From NCBI GenBank assembly GCA_963834385.1, contig CAWIBO010000001.1:32001-96000 (forward strand): DNA of 64,000 bases. The letters are read 5' to 3'. The notes below the pieces were generated by a model that was not told the DNA's origin, ran no database searches, and was given only the letters and a program-made list of their open reading frames with translations. Source of the DNA: an uncultured Verrucomicrobiae bacterium (lineage in GTDB: Bacteria; Verrucomicrobiota; Verrucomicrobiia; Chthoniobacterales; UBA10450). Of this stretch, positions 60,186 to 64,000 are shown piece by piece; within the stretch, counting starts at the first letter, position 1; each line of letters begins with the position of its first letter. The position numbers and the translations under genes were made by a program.

Positions 60186-61084
60186 TAGGAACGCTCCAGC
60201 CGGACGCCATCCCGCCTTGCCTCCAGATAAAGCGTCGCCGCCGGGGAGTCGCCCGTGACAAAGGAAAAACGTTCCGGCACCACCCGGGGCGACACACCGG
60301 TCAGGCTGTCGTGCACGGCGCCATGTGGCGCCAGGGCATCCATGCGAAAGGAAGCCGAGCCCGGGACATAAAAGCGCAATGATCCCTTGTCGATGACGGC
60401 GCGGACCAGGAATGGAATCGGTTCCCACCAGTCGTAGCCGAGAGCCAGCACCCCCTGGCGCACGGAAACGTCGATGGTGGAAAAGCAATTCCGGACCACG
60501 AGGCGACCGTTCCCCAGTTCCGTTCGGAGCGTCCGGCCTCGAAGACCTTCCAGGAGAACGTCGCCGCTCTCCATCCGCAGTTTTTCGACGGACGCGTGCA
60601 CCGGCACGAAAAGAACGAGATCAACCACCCCCGACCGGTCCTGCCCCAGTTTCCAGCCACCGGCAGGCCGGCCTGGAACGCTCGCCTTGATCCCGATCCG
60701 CCCGGCCGTGGCCGAAACGCGAAGATCGATCGCTTCGAGGCGGGCGCGCGAATAGGCCCGCCGCACGGCTTTCAGGTGCACGCGATTGCCCTCCGATCCA
60801 TACACCCGGATCGCTCCCTCAAAATTCTCCAGGGAAAGACGAACGTCGGAAGCAACCTCCCACGATTCCTCCGACATTTTTTCCTCCACCTTGTTCCCGG
60901 CGAAATCGCAGCCGCCCCAAACCGGACACAGAAGAACAAGAACGGAAAAAGCTGCGCAACTCGCCGCTCTGCTCAGATCGGACTCGCAAAGGAAGGCACG
61001 AAATCGCCGCGTGACGGCGGGCGCGCCGGGCCCATCGACATTTTCTGGTAAAGGACGGAAAGCGCTGCGGGAGTCGGTATTCAC
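60182..61084 (-). CDS. DUF4097/adhesin-like beta-strand repeat protein (start uncertain)
   Basis: LENFEGAIRVYG, VDL.L.VP, repeated SGDV/NGRL/QGVL/KGSL/HGAV strands. Confidence 0.6.
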   Translation of the reverse strand: MNTDSRSAFRPLPENVDGPGAPAVTRRFRAFLCESDLSRAASCAAFSVLVLLCPVWGGCDFAGNKVEEKMSEESWEVASDVRLSLENFEGAIRVYGSEGNRVHLKAVRRAYSRARLEAIDLRVSATAGRIGIKASVPGRPAGGWKLGQDRSGVVDLVLFVPVHASVEKLRMESGDVLLEGLRGRTLRTELGNGRLVVRNCFSTIDVSVRQGVLALGYDWWEPIPFLVRAVIDKGSLRFYVPGSASFRMDALAPHGAVHDSLTGVSPRVVPERFSFVTGDSPAATLYLEARRDGVRLERSY

Positions 61085-61155
61085 ATCTCGAAAGATGTGC
61101 TGACAGAAGCTGAAAAACCGTGCGCGGGCAACTGTCGCAAGAGCTGCGCGCCCCG

Positions 61156-63582
61156 CTACTCATGGCGGAGCGCCTCCATCGGCTCCACGCGCGCTGCGCG
61201 GCGAGCGGGCACGAGACAGGCGATCGCGGCGGTCAGCGCCAGGAGAAGGCAGGCCGCCAAATAGCTGAGAAGATCAAATGCGGTCACGCCGAAAAGCGAG
61301 GCGCGCAGAATCTGTCCAACCAGGAACGCGCCGACCAACCCAAGCATCACCCCGACGCACACCGCTCGCATTCCCTGCCCTGCCACCAAGCGCAGGACGC
61401 TCGCGCGGGTGGCGCCGAGCGCCATGCGGATGCCAATCTCGCGGGTCCGCTGAGTCACGCCCTGCGCCATCGAACCATAAAGACCCGTGGCGGCGAGAGC
61501 CAGGGCGACAATCGAGAAAAACCCGAGCAGCCAGCCACGCAGACGTTGTTGCCAAATCGAATTGGCAACCTCATCGCCGAGCGCGACAAAATTAAACAGG
61601 CCGACCTCGGGCGCGAAGGCGGCGAGATCCTTCTGCAGAACTGGGACGAGATTCATCGGAGCGACACCATCACGCAGACGGATCAGGAGGTGCATCTGCT
61701 TCCAGGCCAGCTGAAGACTCGGCTGGTAAAGGTCGGGACCCGCATCTCCTTCCAGTGCCTGATGTTTCACGTCGCCGACCACTCCCACCACCGTCATCCA
61801 GGTCGATTCCGGGTCGCCTTGTCCTCCGATCCTGAGGCGTAGTCCGATCGCCTCCGCTCCCGGCCAGAGCCTTTGCGCGAGGCGATCGCTGATGATGCAA
61901 ACACGCGGCGCTTCAAGGTTGTCGCGCGCATCAAAGACCCGCCCGCCTCGAAGCGGAAGAGAGAGCACCCGAAAATAATCGGGACTGATCGTTTGAAAAT
62001 TCGCGTGCGGATTTCGGTTTTGTTCATCGATCGACTGATGCTCGGCGATGAGCTTCACGCGGTTCCATGGCCGCTGCGGAACGAAGGGCGGGCTGTTGTT
62101 CGCCGCCACCGCTTCCACGCCAGGCAACTGCGCAATGCGGTCAAGCAAACGCACAAACCGATCGATTCGAGTCCGGTTCGATTCTTCTGCGCGATAGGTC
62201 GGATTCGCCTCCAACATAAGAACGTTGCGGGCGTCGAAGCCGGGATCGACTTCATCGAGTTTGAGCACGCTGCGCAGGACCAGGCTCGCGCCCACGAGGA
62301 GCACGAGCGAAATCGCGATCTGCGACACCAGGAGAAGCTCCCGCCCGCCTCCGCTTCGGCTGCTGCCACCCGTCCCGCCGGCGCCGTGACTCCTGAGTCC
62401 GCTGGCCAGGCCCAGGCGGGTCGCCTGCCAGGCCGGTAACGAACCGGTAAGCAAGGCCGCTGCTGCGGATATCCCGACGGTGAAAGCCAGGACGCTGAGA
62501 TTTACATCGATGGTCAGCCAAAAGGGCAGCTCCGCTGGAATCGTCGTTGCGACAAAATCGACCAACCAATGGGCAAGAAGGATTCCGCCAAGGCCGCCCG
62601 CGCCAGTCAGCAACGCGCTTTCCGCGAGAAGCTGCCGTGCAATTTGTGCGCGGCTCGCCCCGAGCGCGGCTCGCACACTAAATTCGCGCGCACGCGCCAC
62701 GCCGCGTGCAAGCAGAAGCTGGCTCACGTTGGCACAGGCAATCAAGAGAAGGCTCCCACAAGCGCCAAAGAGCAGAAAAATCGATGGGCGCACCGGGCCG
62801 GTCCAGTGCTCGCGCAGGGCGACGACGGCAGCGCCGACATCCTTGTTTGTCTCGGGATGGCGCTGCGCCAGGCGCTCCGCGATTACTTTCAGTTCCGCTT
62901 GGGCCTCGGACATGGCCACGCCGTCGCGCAGCCGGCCAATCGCCTGATCCGCACGCCACGAGCGATCGATGCTCTTTTCGAAGATGGCAGCCATTGGCAC
63001 CCAAATGTCGGATTGCGACGGGAAACGAAAGCCGGGTGGCATCACGCCCACGACCTCACGCGGGGTGCCATCGAGAGAAATGTTCCGTCCGATGATTCCG
63101 ATATCGCCGCCGAAGCTGCGCTGCCACAGGCGATGGCTGATCAGCATGACTTTGGACGCAGCGGCTTCATCATCAGCCGGGAGAAGATTCCGTCCCAGCA
63201 CCGGGGAGACGCCAAGCAGGTCGAAGAGATTCGCGGTGGTCAAGGTGGTCTTGAGAGTTTCGGTGCCGCCGGCCAACGACTCCAGGTTGCCGTTCCAACG
63301 AAGGTTGAAGAAGGCCATCTCGGTGAAACTCCGCGCCTGACCTTTCCAATCGCGAAAGTCCCGGTAGTTCACCCCGAGGTCGCGGCCCGTTTGCGTGTCG
63401 CGCGACTGCAGCATGACGAGCCGCTCCGGATTTGCGAAAGGCAACGGACGCAAGAGAAACGCGTAGAGCACGCCAAACATTGCGGTGGACGCGCCAATAC
63501 CGCCCGCAAGCGCGCCGATCGCGGCCGCACTGAAGCCCGCGTTCCGATAAAGCTGCCGCAGGGCAAAGCGGAAATTATTCAT
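61156..63582 (-). CDS. MacB/FtsX-type duplicated ABC permease (ADOP-like)
   Basis: FALRQL..N.GF, LLRPLPF.NPERL, LLIACANV, REFSVRAALGA, REIGIRMALGA, PARRAARVEPMEALRHE. Confidence 0.92.
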   Translation of the reverse strand: MNNFRFALRQLYRNAGFSAAAIGALAGGIGASTAMFGVLYAFLLRPLPFANPERLVMLQSRDTQTGRDLGVNYRDFRDWKGQARSFTEMAFFNLRWNGNLESLAGGTETLKTTLTTANLFDLLGVSPVLGRNLLPADDEAAASKVMLISHRLWQRSFGGDIGIIGRNISLDGTPREVVGVMPPGFRFPSQSDIWVPMAAIFEKSIDRSWRADQAIGRLRDGVAMSEAQAELKVIAERLAQRHPETNKDVGAAVVALREHWTGPVRPSIFLLFGACGSLLLIACANVSQLLLARGVARAREFSVRAALGASRAQIARQLLAESALLTGAGGLGGILLAHWLVDFVATTIPAELPFWLTIDVNLSVLAFTVGISAAAALLTGSLPAWQATRLGLASGLRSHGAGGTGGSSRSGGGRELLLVSQIAISLVLLVGASLVLRSVLKLDEVDPGFDARNVLMLEANPTYRAEESNRTRIDRFVRLLDRIAQLPGVEAVAANNSPPFVPQRPWNRVKLIAEHQSIDEQNRNPHANFQTISPDYFRVLSLPLRGGRVFDARDNLEAPRVCIISDRLAQRLWPGAEAIGLRLRIGGQGDPESTWMTVVGVVGDVKHQALEGDAGPDLYQPSLQLAWKQMHLLIRLRDGVAPMNLVPVLQKDLAAFAPEVGLFNFVALGDEVANSIWQQRLRGWLLGFFSIVALALAATGLYGSMAQGVTQRTREIGIRMALGATRASVLRLVAGQGMRAVCVGVMLGLVGAFLVGQILRASLFGVTAFDLLSYLAACLLLALTAAIACLVPARRAARVEPMEALRHE

Positions 63583-63669
63583 GGGACGGCGCAGCCAACC
63601 GCTTGCGCTGGACGTCGAGTTGCCTGCGCGAGTGGACGGGCGAGACGAAGATGCCGATGACCATCATCT

Positions 63670-64000
63670 TTATGGAACGATAAATCCGTCACGAAGCTGA
63701 ATCGTGCGGTTACCATAGGCCGCGTTGGTCTCGGAATGCGTCACCTGCACGATGGTAGTGCCTTCCTGGTTCAGCTTTCTGAACATCTCCATGATTTCCT
63801 CGCCCTGGCTGGAGTGAAGATTCCCCGTCGGCTCATCCGCCAGGATCAGTTTCGGGCTGGAGATGACGGCGCGAGCCACGCCGACAAGCTGTTGCTGGCC
63901 GCCGGAAAGCTGACGGGGGTAGAGATCCTTTTTTGCGACGATGTGGAAACGATCCAGGGTGTCGGCGACCAGGGCCGCCCGCTCGGGCTTGCCAATGCGC
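63670..64000 (-). CDS. ABC ATP-binding protein (LolD/MacB-type), 5' partial
   Basis: [24 protein letters not shown]. Confidence 0.92.
   Translation of the reverse strand, partial: RIGKPERAALVADTLDRFHIVAKKDLYPRQLSGGQQQLVGVARAVISSPKLILADEPTGNLHSSQGEEIMEMFRKLNQEGTTIVQVTHSETNAAYGNRTIQLRDGFIVP

Overview
GC-rich bacterial chromosomal window, most likely Verrucomicrobiota (Chthoniobacterales/Spartobacteria-like). This is inferred from gene content such as 'ANISTR' C-terminal domains and DUF6268-like barrels, not from a marker gene. It holds about 50 CDS and one tmRNA (31016-31369, minus strand). I saw no rRNA, tRNA, transposase, integrase or CRISPR-cas. About 15 reading-frame breaks occur, nearly all repaired by removing one base, often in a short homopolymer, which looks like uncorrected long-read error rather than gene decay. 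The standout is a 15-kb, 9-gene redox locus (6266-21470) that reads like a complete, possibly cyclic-nucleotide-gated electron conduit across the envelope. It encodes an FNR-type CysJ fragment, a ferredoxin, a 2x cNMP-binding/4x[4Fe-4S] protein, a di-heme b-like membrane protein, two decaheme cytochromes c (one fused to an LVIVD beta-propeller), a c554-like cytochrome, an outer-membrane barrel and a secreted tandem GlcG/HbpS heme-binding protein. Two further candidates are absent from the ORF track. One is a ~90-nt sigma54-type small RNA with its own terminator (25208-25324). The other is a 53-aa double-glycine-leader peptide (30566-30727) divergent from a Cys-His-Asp lipoprotein and upstream of two sulfotransferases. 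The rest is mostly housekeeping, transport and envelope genes. All family calls come from motif recognition by eye; no database search was run.
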